NCBI GenBank assembly: GCA_038252715.1
Contig: JBBSAA010000001.1
Coordinates: 251-64,250, forward strand
Reading direction: 5' to 3'
DNA length: 64,000 nucleotides
DNA from: Lysobacterales bacterium
Lineage (GTDB): Bacteria > Pseudomonadota > Gammaproteobacteria > Xanthomonadales > Xanthomonadaceae
Made by a program: the position numbers and the translations under genes. Below are positions 11,243 through 20,752 of the stretch, piece by piece. How positions within the stretch are numbered: the first letter of the stretch is position 1; each line of letters opens with the position of its first letter. The notes under the pieces are model-generated. The model was given only the letters and a program-made list of their open reading frames with translations, did no database searches and was not told the DNA's origin.

Positions 11243-12177
11243 CCGCGCTCTGGACTTGGTACATCATCGCCATTGTCGCGTTCAATATTGGCGGCATCGC
11301 TTGGCTGCTGTGGTGGACCGGTCGGCGTCGCCCGGGCGATCCGGCGGCCGACAGCACCAGTCACGTCTGGGACGGTGATCTCACCGAATACAACAAGCCG
11401 ATGCCGCGGTGGTGGATCAACTTGTTCTATCTCACCATCGTGTTCGGTATCGCCTACCTGATCTGGTATCCGGGTCTGGGCGCGTTCACTGGCCAGGGCA
11501 GCTGGAGTTCACGCGGCCAACTTGCAGAGGAACAGGCCGCGGCGGAAAAGCAGCTGGCTACGACGTACGCGGCGTTCGCTGGCAAGTCGATAGACGTGAT
11601 TGCGCGTGACCCGGCCGCCATCGTCACCGGGCGACGGATTTACGCCAATAACTGCGCGATGTGCCACGGTTCGGATGCGCGCGGCGGCAAGGGCTTCCCC
11701 AATCTGACGGACGACAATTGGCAGTGGGGCGGTTCACCCGACGAGATCCTGACGTCAATCATTGAAGGCCGCCAAGCGGCGATGCCGGTGTTCGCACCGG
11801 TGCTGGGCGGCGACACCCAAGTCAATGAAACCGCGGTGTACGTGCAAAGCCTGTCGGGCCAACCGGTGTCGCCCGCGCTGGCGAATGCTGGCCGCGCGCA
11901 TTTTGAAGGCATTTGCGCCGCCTGCCACGGTATCGACGGCAAGGGTAACAAAGCCTTGGGCTCGGCCAACTTGACCGACGACTACTGGCTTTACGGCGAT
12001 CGCTTCGAAGATATCCGCAGCGCAATCACCCAAGGTCACAATGGCCAGATGCCCGCACACTTGGGTTTGATCGGCGAAACCCGCAGTCGCTTGGCCGCCG
12101 CTTACGTGTACTCGCTCTCGCATCGCGACGAGGACCATGGAGACCGTAAGGACCACGACGATAAAAGGGAGGAATGA
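11239..12177 (+). CDS. ccoP: cbb3 oxidase subunit III (dihaem)
   Basis: HVWDGDLTEYNKPMPRWW, CAMCH, CAACH. Confidence 0.96.
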   Translation: MTALWTWYIIAIVAFNIGGIAWLLWWTGRRRPGDPAADSTSHVWDGDLTEYNKPMPRWWINLFYLTIVFGIAYLIWYPGLGAFTGQGSWSSRGQLAEEQAAAEKQLATTYAAFAGKSIDVIARDPAAIVTGRRIYANNCAMCHGSDARGGKGFPNLTDDNWQWGGSPDEILTSIIEGRQAAMPVFAPVLGGDTQVNETAVYVQSLSGQPVSPALANAGRAHFEGICAACHGIDGKGNKALGSANLTDDYWLYGDRFEDIRSAITQGHNGQMPAHLGLIGETRSRLAAAYVYSLSHRDEDHGDRKDHDDKREE

Positions 12178-12464
12178 CCATGCCCGGTGAGCCCGTGTTG
12201 CAAATTCCGCCGCGTCCGCTGGTGCAGCGTATCGGCGCGATCGCATGGCCGTCGTTCTTTGCCGCCGGCGTCGCCACGGCGACGCTGTTCGCGTTTGTTG
12301 ATCCGCTGCAGTTGCGCGACATCAGCTTTCCCGACCTGTCGCTGTCGCGCGAAGCCGGCTACACGATTGGCTTCGCGCTGTTTTGGGCCGCCACGGCCAG
12401 TTCCAGCCTGTTCACCTGGCTGCTACTGCGGCCGCCCAGCCGCTTCAATAAACCACTCGACTAA
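12174..12464 (+). CDS. Small two-TM membrane protein of cco operons
   Basis: WPSF...FAFVDP...YTIGF..FW; coupled to ccoP and ccoG. Confidence 0.75.
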   Translation: MTMPGEPVLQIPPRPLVQRIGAIAWPSFFAAGVATATLFAFVDPLQLRDISFPDLSLSREAGYTIGFALFWAATASSSLFTWLLLRPPSRFNKPLD

Positions 12465-12466
12465 TC

Positions 12467-14032
12467 ATGCCAAAACGCATTGCCAGTGAACTGATTACCG
12501 ACGGTGGGCTGTACGCGTCGGAGAAGAAAATCCACCCACGCGACGTCGACGGCATCTTCGACCGCCTGCGCACTTGGGCCGTATTTATCCTGCTGGGCCT
12601 GTACTACCTGTCGCCTTGGCTGCAGTGGAGTGGCCGTCAGGCGGTGCTCTTTGACCTGCCGGCGCGCAAGTTCTACATCCTGGGCTTGGTGTTCTGGCCG
12701 CAGGACTTCTTCTTCCTGGCCTTGCTGCTGGTGATGGCGGGACTGTCGCTGTTCTTCTTCACTGCACTCGCTGGACGATTGTGGTGTGGATATGCCTGTC
12801 CGCAAACCGTTTGGACCGAGGTCTTCGTCTGGATGGAACGCTGGACCGAAGGCGATCGCAACCAACGGATGAAGCTCGATGCCGCGCCGTGGAGCTGGAA
12901 CAAGCTGCGCCGTCGCGGCAGCCGGCATCTGCTGTGGGCCGTTTTCGCGCTTTGGACGGGCCTGACCTTTGTAGGTTTCTTTACCCCGATCCGCGATCTT
13001 GCCGCGCGTCTGTGGCCGTTTGCGTGGAGCGGCTGGGAAACCTTCTGGGTGCTGTTCTACTCGCTCGCCACCTGGGGCAATGCCGGCGTGCTGCGCGAGC
13101 AGGTCTGCAAGTACATGTGCCCGTACGCGCGCTTCCAAAGCGCAATGTTCGACCGCAACACGCTGATCATCAGCTACGACGCCCGCCGCGGAGAAACCCG
13201 CGGCCCCCGCAAGAAAAGCCAGCTTGCCAGCGTGCTCTCGCGCGCGCGCGGCCTGCTTGGCGCCGACGAAGCGCTCAGCGCGGTCATCCATTCGGTCCAC
13301 GTCGGCCACGGCTCTACGGCACTGGCGACTACGGGCTTGGTGGTCGATGCGCAGCACGGCCTGCTGCCGCCGCCCGTCGTCACCTCGCCGGAAGACTTGG
13401 GCGATTGCATTGACTGCACGATTTGCGTGCAGGTCTGCCCGACCGGTATCGATATCCGAAATGGCCTGCAGTACGAATGCATCGCCTGCGGCGCCTGCAT
13501 CGACGCCTGCGACTCGGTCATGGACAAAATGGGATACCCGCACGGATTGATCCGCTACACCACGCAGAATGCGGTGGACGGCAAGCCATCGCGCGTGCTG
13601 CGTCCACGCATCTTCGTCTACGGCGCCTTGTTGGGCCTGCTGTTCGCCGGCACGATCGCGGGCATCGCGATGCGCAAACCGCTAATCGTGGACGTGATTC
13701 GCGACCGGCAGCTGTATCGGGTGGTTGACGCGCCACGCAGCGCGCCCGACCGTGCAGCTCGCATCGAGAACTCCTACACCCTGCGCGTCATCAACAAAGA
13801 TTCCGCGCCGCACCGTTACCGACTATCGATCGATTCCGATGCGCCGATCACGCTGGACGGCGGCAGCCGCGAGCTGCAGGCCGCCAGCGAAGAGGTCCTG
13901 ACCCTCACCACTACCTTGCAGGCGGCCAGCGGCGCGGTACGCGGCCGCGCCGACGTGCGCTTTGTCATCACTGACCTCGATACCGGCTTGGTCATGGCCG
14001 AAACCACCCGCTTCTTTGGTCCGGTGCAATGA
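12467..14032 (+). CDS. ccoG: Cytochrome oxidase accessory 4Fe-4S protein
   Basis: GRLWCGYACPQTVW, CKYMCPY, CIDCTICVQVCP, CIACGACIDAC. Confidence 0.95.
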   Translation: MPKRIASELITDGGLYASEKKIHPRDVDGIFDRLRTWAVFILLGLYYLSPWLQWSGRQAVLFDLPARKFYILGLVFWPQDFFFLALLLVMAGLSLFFFTALAGRLWCGYACPQTVWTEVFVWMERWTEGDRNQRMKLDAAPWSWNKLRRRGSRHLLWAVFALWTGLTFVGFFTPIRDLAARLWPFAWSGWETFWVLFYSLATWGNAGVLREQVCKYMCPYARFQSAMFDRNTLIISYDARRGETRGPRKKSQLASVLSRARGLLGADEALSAVIHSVHVGHGSTALATTGLVVDAQHGLLPPPVVTSPEDLGDCIDCTICVQVCPTGIDIRNGLQYECIACGACIDACDSVMDKMGYPHGLIRYTTQNAVDGKPSRVLRPRIFVYGALLGLLFAGTIAGIAMRKPLIVDVIRDRQLYRVVDAPRSAPDRAARIENSYTLRVINKDSAPHRYRLSIDSDAPITLDGGSRELQAASEEVLTLTTTLQAASGAVRGRADVRFVITDLDTGLVMAETTRFFGPVQ

Positions 14033-14547
14033 CCAGCGTCACCCGCCCTTGGTATCGCGAGCCGATGCTGTGGCTGGCGCTGGGCATTCCCGTGGCCACC
14101 GTCGCCGGCGGCATCGAAACCTTGCGCCTGGCACTGCAAGACGGAGCCAGTGACGTCGAGCCCGAACCGGTGAAGCGAACGGCGCAGGCACAGGAAGCCG
14201 ATCTCGCCCCCGAACTTGTCGCCGCCGAACGAAAGCTGGTTGCCATGGTGAGCATCAGCCCCGCCGGCCAAATACGAGTCGACCTTCCCGATGTCGCTGC
14301 CAGTGAAGGTCCGCTGACGCTCGCCCTGATTCACCCGATTCGCGAGCACGACGACCGCAAGTTGACGCTGGCTTGGAACGAGGGCCACTGGCAGGCGACA
14401 ACGCCATGGCTCAACGGCGCTTGGAAGCTGCGCCTGACCGATCGCCAGTCACGTTGGCGGCTGTCCGGACGCACCGCGACCAGCGCGACCACGGCGGAAT
14501 TGGCCGGCCAACGCATTCAAATGCAGTCGGCGCTTTCGGGGCGGTGA
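14029..14547 (+). CDS. ccoH: FixH/CcoH family protein
   Basis: PWYREPMLWL N-terminus, HP motif, WRL.G; position in operon. Confidence 0.8.
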   Translation: MTSVTRPWYREPMLWLALGIPVATVAGGIETLRLALQDGASDVEPEPVKRTAQAQEADLAPELVAAERKLVAMVSISPAGQIRVDLPDVAASEGPLTLALIHPIREHDDRKLTLAWNEGHWQATTPWLNGAWKLRLTDRQSRWRLSGRTATSATTAELAGQRIQMQSALSGR

Positions 14548-16958
14548 ACGCGGCCGTGTTTTCCCCTTCGATTGAATCGACGGCGACGGCTGCGGCGAAA
14601 ACGAGCACCTGTTTTCATTGCGGTGAAGCCGTTGTCGATGTCCTGCCGACGATCATCGTGGACGGTCAGGAACGCCATGTCTGTTGCACTGGCTGCGCCG
14701 CTGCTGCGCTGTGGATCGAGGACGCCGGTCTCGACGACTACTACCGCTTGCGGCTAGAGACTGGCAACCGCATCGCTGCCGAGCCGGGCGACTTCACCGC
14801 CTGGGACCGCAATGACGTGCAGGACGCGCACGTAACACGAAGCGCGCAGGGCTGCGAAATGACCGTGTTGGTCGAAGGCATGCGTTGCGCTGCCTGCGCG
14901 TGGCTGCTCGACCGCGGACTGACGCGCCTGCCCGGCGTTAGTTCGGTCAGCGTCAATGCCGTCACCGGACGCATGCGCCTGGCATGGCGTCCGGATCAAA
15001 TCTTACTGTCCTCAGTCCTGGCGCGTGTCGCGGCCTTGGGCTATCGACCGCATTTGTCGCCGGGTGAATCTTTGGATCGGGCACGTCGGCGGGAACGCAA
15101 TGCGCTGCTGCTGCGGCTAGGTGTCGCGGCCTTGGCGACGACGCAGGCGATGATGTTTTCCGAAGCCTTGTATCTCGACACGGCGCACCAGATGCCGGAT
15201 GCCACGCGCGATGTGTTTCGCTGGCTGACCTTGCTGGTTTGCACGCCGGTGGTGTTTTATTCCGGCAGCCCGTTCCTGCGCGGCATGTTGCGCGAACTGC
15301 GCTTGGGAATGCCGGGCATGGATACGCTGGCGGCGACCAGCATCGTGCTCGCCTACTTCGCCAGCATCGTCGAAACTATCCGCGGCGGCCCCCATGTCTG
15401 GTTCGACGCGGCGGCCATGTTCGTGTTGTTCCTACTCGCAGTGCGCCTGCTCGAGCGTGCCGCGCGCCTGCGGGCCAGTGCCCGCGCCGACCTGTTGGTT
15501 CGCATCCAGCCAATGTTGGCTTGGCGCCAGCGCGGTGGGCTGGTCGAGCAGGTACCAGTTGCAGAATTATGCATAGGCGATGAGGTGCGAATTCCCGCCG
15601 ACACCACCGCACCGGCCGACGGTGACTTGATCGATGACGATGCCGCTTTTGACGAAGCCCTACTCAGTGGCGAGTCGCGTCCGGTCGAAAAACGCGCGGG
15701 TGATCGCGTGCATGCCGGCAGCACCTGCTTGGGCGCCGCGGCACGCCTGCGCGTAACCGGCGTGGGTGTCGATACGCGCCTGTCGCAGATTGCGCGCTTA
15801 GCCGAGCAGGCGTCCTTCGAACGTCCGGCCATTGCCCAATCTGCCGATCGCTGGGCGTCAATCCTAGTCGTGGTAATGGTGCTTGTCGCGGTCGGCACCT
15901 TTTTGCTGTGGTGGCCCATCGCGCCAGAACGGGCGTTTCCGATTGCACTGGCGGTGCTGGTAGCGGCCTGTCCGTGTGCACTATCGCTGGCCGTGCCCGC
16001 CGCGTTAGCGGCGGCCAACGACGGCCTATCAAAGCGCGGCATGCTGCTGCTGTCGGGCGAGGCGCTGTCGCACTTGGCGGATATCGATACGATCGTGTTC
16101 GACAAGACCGGTACGCTGACGCGCGGCCAGCCTCGCATTACCGCCTGCACTACCCTCGACAGCTCCGACCCGGCCGCAGCGCGACGCATTGCCGCGGCAC
16201 TGGAATCGGGCAGTGGTCACCCGCTGGCGCGCGCGTTTGCCGACGCCTCGGTCCCCGCAGCAGGCTCAGTTCGTCTAGTGCCCGGGCGCGGCGTAGCCGG
16301 CGTTGTCGATGGCCACGACTACCAGTTGGGCCGCGCCGATTTCGCAGGCGGCACCGCAGACGAGGGCAGCGTGTGGCTGGCGCGCGACGGCGTCGCGATT
16401 GCGCAATTCACCATTGACGATACGCTTCGGCCCGAAGCAGCCGCCTTGGTCCACGGCCTGCAACAGAACGGCATTGAAGTCTGGCTTGCCAGCGGCGATG
16501 GCGAGGCGGCTACGCGCCACGTAGCAAACACCTTGGTGATCGAGAACGTGCGCGCTCGGCAAACACCGGAGCAAAAACTAAACTTGCTGCGCGACTTGCA
16601 AGCCGCGGGTCGGCGCGTGCTAGTCGTCGGCGACGGCATTAACGATGCGCCCGTGCTTGCCGGCGCTGACGTGTCGATGGCCTTTGCTGGCGGGTCCTCG
16701 CTGGCGCAGCGCTCGGCTGACCTGCTAGTGCTCGGTGACTCGCTCGCCGCCTTGCCTGACACACTGGCATTGGCGCGGCGTACTCGGCAAACAATTCGCG
16801 CCGGTTTGGCCTGGGCCGCCGGCTACAATCTCGTGGCCATCGCAATCGCCGCATCGGGCCTAATCCATCCCGGCTTCGCCGCGCTGGGCATGGCCGGTTC
16901 CTCGCTGGGCGTTACCCTCAACGCATTGCGCTTGGCGCGCACCGGCCCGTCGCGATGA
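14544..16958 (+). CDS. ccoI: Cu-transporting P1B ATPase for cbb3 assembly
   Basis: CFHC, CCTGC, CAAC, CPC, DKTGT, GDGINDAP; GTG start overlaps the ccoH stop. Confidence 0.92.
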   Translation: MNAAVFSPSIESTATAAAKTSTCFHCGEAVVDVLPTIIVDGQERHVCCTGCAAAALWIEDAGLDDYYRLRLETGNRIAAEPGDFTAWDRNDVQDAHVTRSAQGCEMTVLVEGMRCAACAWLLDRGLTRLPGVSSVSVNAVTGRMRLAWRPDQILLSSVLARVAALGYRPHLSPGESLDRARRRERNALLLRLGVAALATTQAMMFSEALYLDTAHQMPDATRDVFRWLTLLVCTPVVFYSGSPFLRGMLRELRLGMPGMDTLAATSIVLAYFASIVETIRGGPHVWFDAAAMFVLFLLAVRLLERAARLRASARADLLVRIQPMLAWRQRGGLVEQVPVAELCIGDEVRIPADTTAPADGDLIDDDAAFDEALLSGESRPVEKRAGDRVHAGSTCLGAAARLRVTGVGVDTRLSQIARLAEQASFERPAIAQSADRWASILVVVMVLVAVGTFLLWWPIAPERAFPIALAVLVAACPCALSLAVPAALAAANDGLSKRGMLLLSGEALSHLADIDTIVFDKTGTLTRGQPRITACTTLDSSDPAAARRIAAALESGSGHPLARAFADASVPAAGSVRLVPGRGVAGVVDGHDYQLGRADFAGGTADEGSVWLARDGVAIAQFTIDDTLRPEAAALVHGLQQNGIEVWLASGDGEAATRHVANTLVIENVRARQTPEQKLNLLRDLQAAGRRVLVVGDGINDAPVLAGADVSMAFAGGSSLAQRSADLLVLGDSLAALPDTLALARRTRQTIRAGLAWAAGYNLVAIAIAASGLIHPGFAALGMAGSSLGVTLNALRLARTGPSR

Positions 16959-17128
16959 ACGTACTTTTCATCTTGATCCCGGTGTCACTGCTGCTGCTCT
17001 TGGTCGCGATCGGTTTCTTTGCCTGGGCCGTTCGCAGCGAGCAATTTGATGACCTCGAGGTCGCCGCGCTCGACGTGTTAAGCGAAGACTCCCGTCCGCT
17101 CGAAGAAAAATCCGACCATGCCGCTTGA
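16955..17128 (+). CDS. ccoS: cbb3 assembly protein CcoS (57 aa, missing from the ORF track)
   Basis: Hand translation MNVLFILIPVSL...WAVRSEQFDDLE. Confidence 0.9.
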   Translation: MNVLFILIPVSLLLLLVAIGFFAWAVRSEQFDDLEVAALDVLSEDSRPLEEKSDHAA

Positions 17129-17846
17129 CCTAGTGGTGTTGTCCGCCGCGCTGTTGAGCGGACTGTTTGGCGGCGTACATTGCGTGGCGATGTGCGGCGG
17201 CATCGCCACGTCCTTGTCGGCGACCCGCGCCGCGGCCTCTCCACTCGGCCATTCGATCCTGCTCAATTTGGGTCGCGTTGGCGGCTATGTCCTTGCCGGC
17301 GCAATTGTCGGCGGCTTGGGCGGCGCGCTGTTGGGCGCCATCCGAATCGATGGCCTCGCGCAAGGCCTGCGCCTGCTGGTGGGGCTGGTGATGATCGTTG
17401 CGGCCTTGCGCCTCGCGTTTCCCAACCGGTGGCGCGCGCTTGCGCGGCCGGGACGCGCCATTGAGACCTGGCTGGCACCCGCACGTCGCGCCGCGATGTC
17501 CCTGCGCCCACCGTGGCGCACGCTGTTGCTGGGACTGTTGTGGGGTTGGCTGCCCTGTGGCTTGAGCACGACGCTACTGATGGCCGCTTGGTTCGAGGCC
17601 AGCGCGCTTCATGGCGCGGCTCTAATGGCCGCATTCGGGCTCGGCACCTTCCCACTGATGGTCGGGTTAGGCTGGAGCGGCGCACATTTTGCCAAGACTC
17701 TCGCCACTCCGGCATGGCGTCGCACGGCGGCCCTGCTGATCGCGGCGGCGGGTCTATTGACCATCGCAGCGCCGTGGCTGGCGGGATTTGCGCAGGTCAA
17801 TTCGGTGTTGCTGGCCTTGGGCTGTCGCGCCGCGATGCCCGGCTGA
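17118..17846 (+). CDS. TauE/SafE/DsbD_2-type membrane protein of cco clusters
   Basis: HCVAMCGG, GWLPCGL, AFGLGT. Confidence 0.88.
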   Translation: MPLDLVVLSAALLSGLFGGVHCVAMCGGIATSLSATRAAASPLGHSILLNLGRVGGYVLAGAIVGGLGGALLGAIRIDGLAQGLRLLVGLVMIVAALRLAFPNRWRALARPGRAIETWLAPARRAAMSLRPPWRTLLLGLLWGWLPCGLSTTLLMAAWFEASALHGAALMAAFGLGTFPLMVGLGWSGAHFAKTLATPAWRRTAALLIAAAGLLTIAAPWLAGFAQVNSVLLALGCRAAMPG

Positions 17847-17880
17847 GTTGCACGAGGCCAGCGCGAGGAGAACGCTGCGC

Positions 17881-18645
17881 TTACTTGCTTCGCTCGTGAC
17901 CAAGCTCCGACAGGCGATCAAGATCGAGGATGCGCACTTCGCGCGCCTGCACCGAGATAATGCCATCGTCCTGCATCTTGCCCAGCGTGCGGCTTACCGT
18001 CTCAATCACGATCCCAAGATAGCTGGCGATGTCTTCGCGGCTCATCGGCAGCAGGAACTGCAGCGCCGGACGGCCCAGCGCACGATAGCGCTCGGACAGC
18101 TGGTGTAGGAACACGGCCAGACGCTCCTGGGCATTGCGACGGCCAAGCAATTCAATATGCTGTTGGTCGCGCCCCATGCTCTGTCCCATGATTCGCAGCA
18201 ACTGTCGCTGCAGGCCGGGCACTTGCGAAGCGACGTGCTCAAGCTGCGTCAGCGGCACTTCGCAGACATCGGCGCGGGTCAGCGCCTGCGCTTCGCAGGC
18301 GTGTTGACCGCCGCCCAGCGCGTCGAGCCCCATCAGTTCGCCAGGCAAGTGAAAACCGATGACTTGCATCCCACCCTGCTCGTCCACGGCGACCGTCTTG
18401 AATGCGCCTTCGCGCGCTACGAACAAGGAGCCAAGGGGCTGACCAGCGCGAAACAGTATTTCCCCGCGCTGCAGAGGCCGGCGCGACAGCATGATGCCGT
18501 CGAGCCGCTCAATATCTTCCTGGCCGATGCTGGCCGGCAGGCACAACACCTGCAAGGAACACTGCGAGCAACTGCGCCGGAGTCGGGCGAGATCGATGAT
18601 CGCGCCCGACGTCGACGCCGGAATCTCGGCCATGTCACCCGTCAT
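17881..18645 (-). CDS. Second FNR-family regulator
   Basis: CSQCSLQVLC, DVCEVP, IASYLG..IETVSR; ATG 18645 overlaps the upstream stop (ATG 18633 is an alternative). Confidence 0.9.
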   Translation of the reverse strand: MTGDMAEIPASTSGAIIDLARLRRSCSQCSLQVLCLPASIGQEDIERLDGIMLSRRPLQRGEILFRAGQPLGSLFVAREGAFKTVAVDEQGGMQVIGFHLPGELMGLDALGGGQHACEAQALTRADVCEVPLTQLEHVASQVPGLQRQLLRIMGQSMGRDQQHIELLGRRNAQERLAVFLHQLSERYRALGRPALQFLLPMSREDIASYLGIVIETVSRTLGKMQDDGIISVQAREVRILDLDRLSELGHERSK

Positions 18646-20714
18646 TTCGTACCGATATATTTTTTCAGCCAGGCATTGACCGTGTCGTGCCACAGCACAC
18701 TGTTTTGCGGCTTCAATACCCAATGGTTTTCGTCGGGGAAGAAAAGCAGCTGGCTCTCGACGCCCTTGCGCTGCGCAGCGGTAAAGGCGCCGATGCCCTG
18801 CTCGGCCGGAATGCGGTAGTCCAACTGGCCCTGCACGATCAGCATCGGCACGCGCCAATCCTTGACGTGGTTGACCGGGTTGAATTTCTCGATCGCGGTC
18901 GGGTTGTCGTACGGCGTGCCGCCGTTTTCCCATTCGTTGAACCACAGCTCTTCGGTCGAGTAACCCATCATGCGGGTGTCGAACACGCCGTCATGACTGA
19001 CCAAGCACTTCCACGGCTGCGACCAATTGCCAGCAATGTAATTGATCATGTAACCGCCATAGCTGGCGCCCAGCGCGCAGGCGCGGTTGCCGTCGAGGAA
19101 GGAATACTTCTTCAACGACGCGGCCCAACCCTTCTGCAGGTCCTCGAGCGGACGGTCACCCCAGTGCTGCGAAATTGAATCGGTGAACGCCTGGCCATAG
19201 CCGGTCGAGCCATGGAAATCGACCATGACCACCGCGTAACCCTGCCCAGCGTACGTCTGCGGGTTCCAGCGATAGCTCCAGCCATTGCCGAAGCTGCCCT
19301 GCGGGCCGCCATGGATCAGGAACGCGACGGGGTACTTCTTGCCCTTCTGGAAATTCGCGGGCTTAACCACGTAACCGTGCACGGTTTCATTATTCCAGCC
19401 AACGAAGTTGAACTGCTCGAAATCGCCAAACGCGATCTGTTTAAGCACCGCGTCATTGTTCATGCTGACCTGGCGCACGGCACTGCCGTCGGCACGCGCG
19501 GCATATAGTTGACCGGGGGATTTAAGCGTGTCGCGGACAAACACCAAGGTGTCATCGTTGATATCGAAAGCACTGATCGAGCCGTCGCCGGCGACGCGCG
19601 TTGCCTCGCCATTGGCAATGTCGACTTTGAACAGCGGATGCTGGCCCAAGTCCTGCGCCTGCGTATAGATCGAGCGACCATCGGACGACAGCACGATCGT
19701 ATCGGCCGACGCATCCCACTTCGGCGCGATTTCGCGGGTCTTGCCGCTGGCCAGGTCCATGGCCATCAAGGCAAAACGATCGGCCTCGAAACCGGGTCGC
19801 TTCATGGCGCGGTAGTACAAGGTCTTGCCGTCGGTGCTATATACCGGGCCCGCATCCCAGGCCTTGTTGGCGGCGGTCAGATTACGCACCACGCCCTTGC
19901 CATTTACTGGAGCGACATAGATATCGAAGTTGGTCGACCACGGCTCAGTCTTGCCGGCGATGCGGGCATTGAACGCAATCGACTTGCTATCGGGCGACCA
20001 CGCGAACTCGCTGACATCACCAAACGGCTTGGATGGCACATCGGCATCAATGCCGCGGGTTACTTTGGCCGGCTCGCCGGCAAGCTTGCCGTTGGCACCC
20101 AGACGCGCAACGAACAACTGGTTGCGACGGCCATCGGCCCAGGTATCCCAGTGGCGGATGAAAAGCTTGTCGTAGAGGACGCCGCTGGTCTTCTTCGCTG
20201 CGACGGCATCGAGCTTTTGCTTAGTACAGGCGACGGTCGCACAGTCGTTAAATACTTCGAGCACGACGGCGATGGACTTACCGTCTGGAGAAATTTTGAA
20301 GCCGCCAACATCGGTCACGTAGTCCGAAACCTGCTGGGCGTTACCGCCCGTGGCCGCCTGCGACCATAGCTGCGAGCTGCCACTTTTTCCGGATAGGAAA
20401 TAAACCGTCTCGCCGTCGGGGGAAAACGCCGGGCTGTTGACGTTCATGCCATCGGGGCTGAGTTTCGTCGGCGGCGCGGCATCGCGCGCGAGCAGGTCCT
20501 CGATCCAAAGGCTGGATTTTCCCTTGTTCGCGGCAAAGTCGGTTTCGCGCACGGAAAATACAACCTTGCGGCCGTCCGGCGACAGGACCGGCCCAGACAC
20601 ACGCTCAAGATTGGCGAGCGTACGAACGTCGAAGGGTTTATTGGCAGCGCTTACTGCAGCGGTGGACAGGGATGCGGCCAACGCGCAGGTGAGCAAGGAC
20701 AATCGATGGTTCAT
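18642..20714 (-). CDS. S9 family peptidase (exported, beta-propeller plus alpha/beta hydrolase)
   Basis: Signal peptide, SPDG repeats, HGGPQ, GASYGG, DENH; GGAG RBS before ATG 20714. Confidence 0.92.
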   Translation of the reverse strand: MNHRLSLLTCALAASLSTAAVSAANKPFDVRTLANLERVSGPVLSPDGRKVVFSVRETDFAANKGKSSLWIEDLLARDAAPPTKLSPDGMNVNSPAFSPDGETVYFLSGKSGSSQLWSQAATGGNAQQVSDYVTDVGGFKISPDGKSIAVVLEVFNDCATVACTKQKLDAVAAKKTSGVLYDKLFIRHWDTWADGRRNQLFVARLGANGKLAGEPAKVTRGIDADVPSKPFGDVSEFAWSPDSKSIAFNARIAGKTEPWSTNFDIYVAPVNGKGVVRNLTAANKAWDAGPVYSTDGKTLYYRAMKRPGFEADRFALMAMDLASGKTREIAPKWDASADTIVLSSDGRSIYTQAQDLGQHPLFKVDIANGEATRVAGDGSISAFDINDDTLVFVRDTLKSPGQLYAARADGSAVRQVSMNNDAVLKQIAFGDFEQFNFVGWNNETVHGYVVKPANFQKGKKYPVAFLIHGGPQGSFGNGWSYRWNPQTYAGQGYAVVMVDFHGSTGYGQAFTDSISQHWGDRPLEDLQKGWAASLKKYSFLDGNRACALGASYGGYMINYIAGNWSQPWKCLVSHDGVFDTRMMGYSTEELWFNEWENGGTPYDNPTAIEKFNPVNHVKDWRVPMLIVQGQLDYRIPAEQGIGAFTAAQRKGVESQLLFFPDENHWVLKPQNSVLWHDTVNAWLKKYIGTK

Positions 20715-20752
20715 GGCTTTCTCCAGCAGGATCGGTAACTTCGATGCGAGGT

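Noticed and set aside
13200-13400. ~50-aa insertion in CcoG before the ferredoxin motif
   Set aside because: I recall similar insertions in other Xanthomonadales CcoG proteins (not verified); probably lineage-typical
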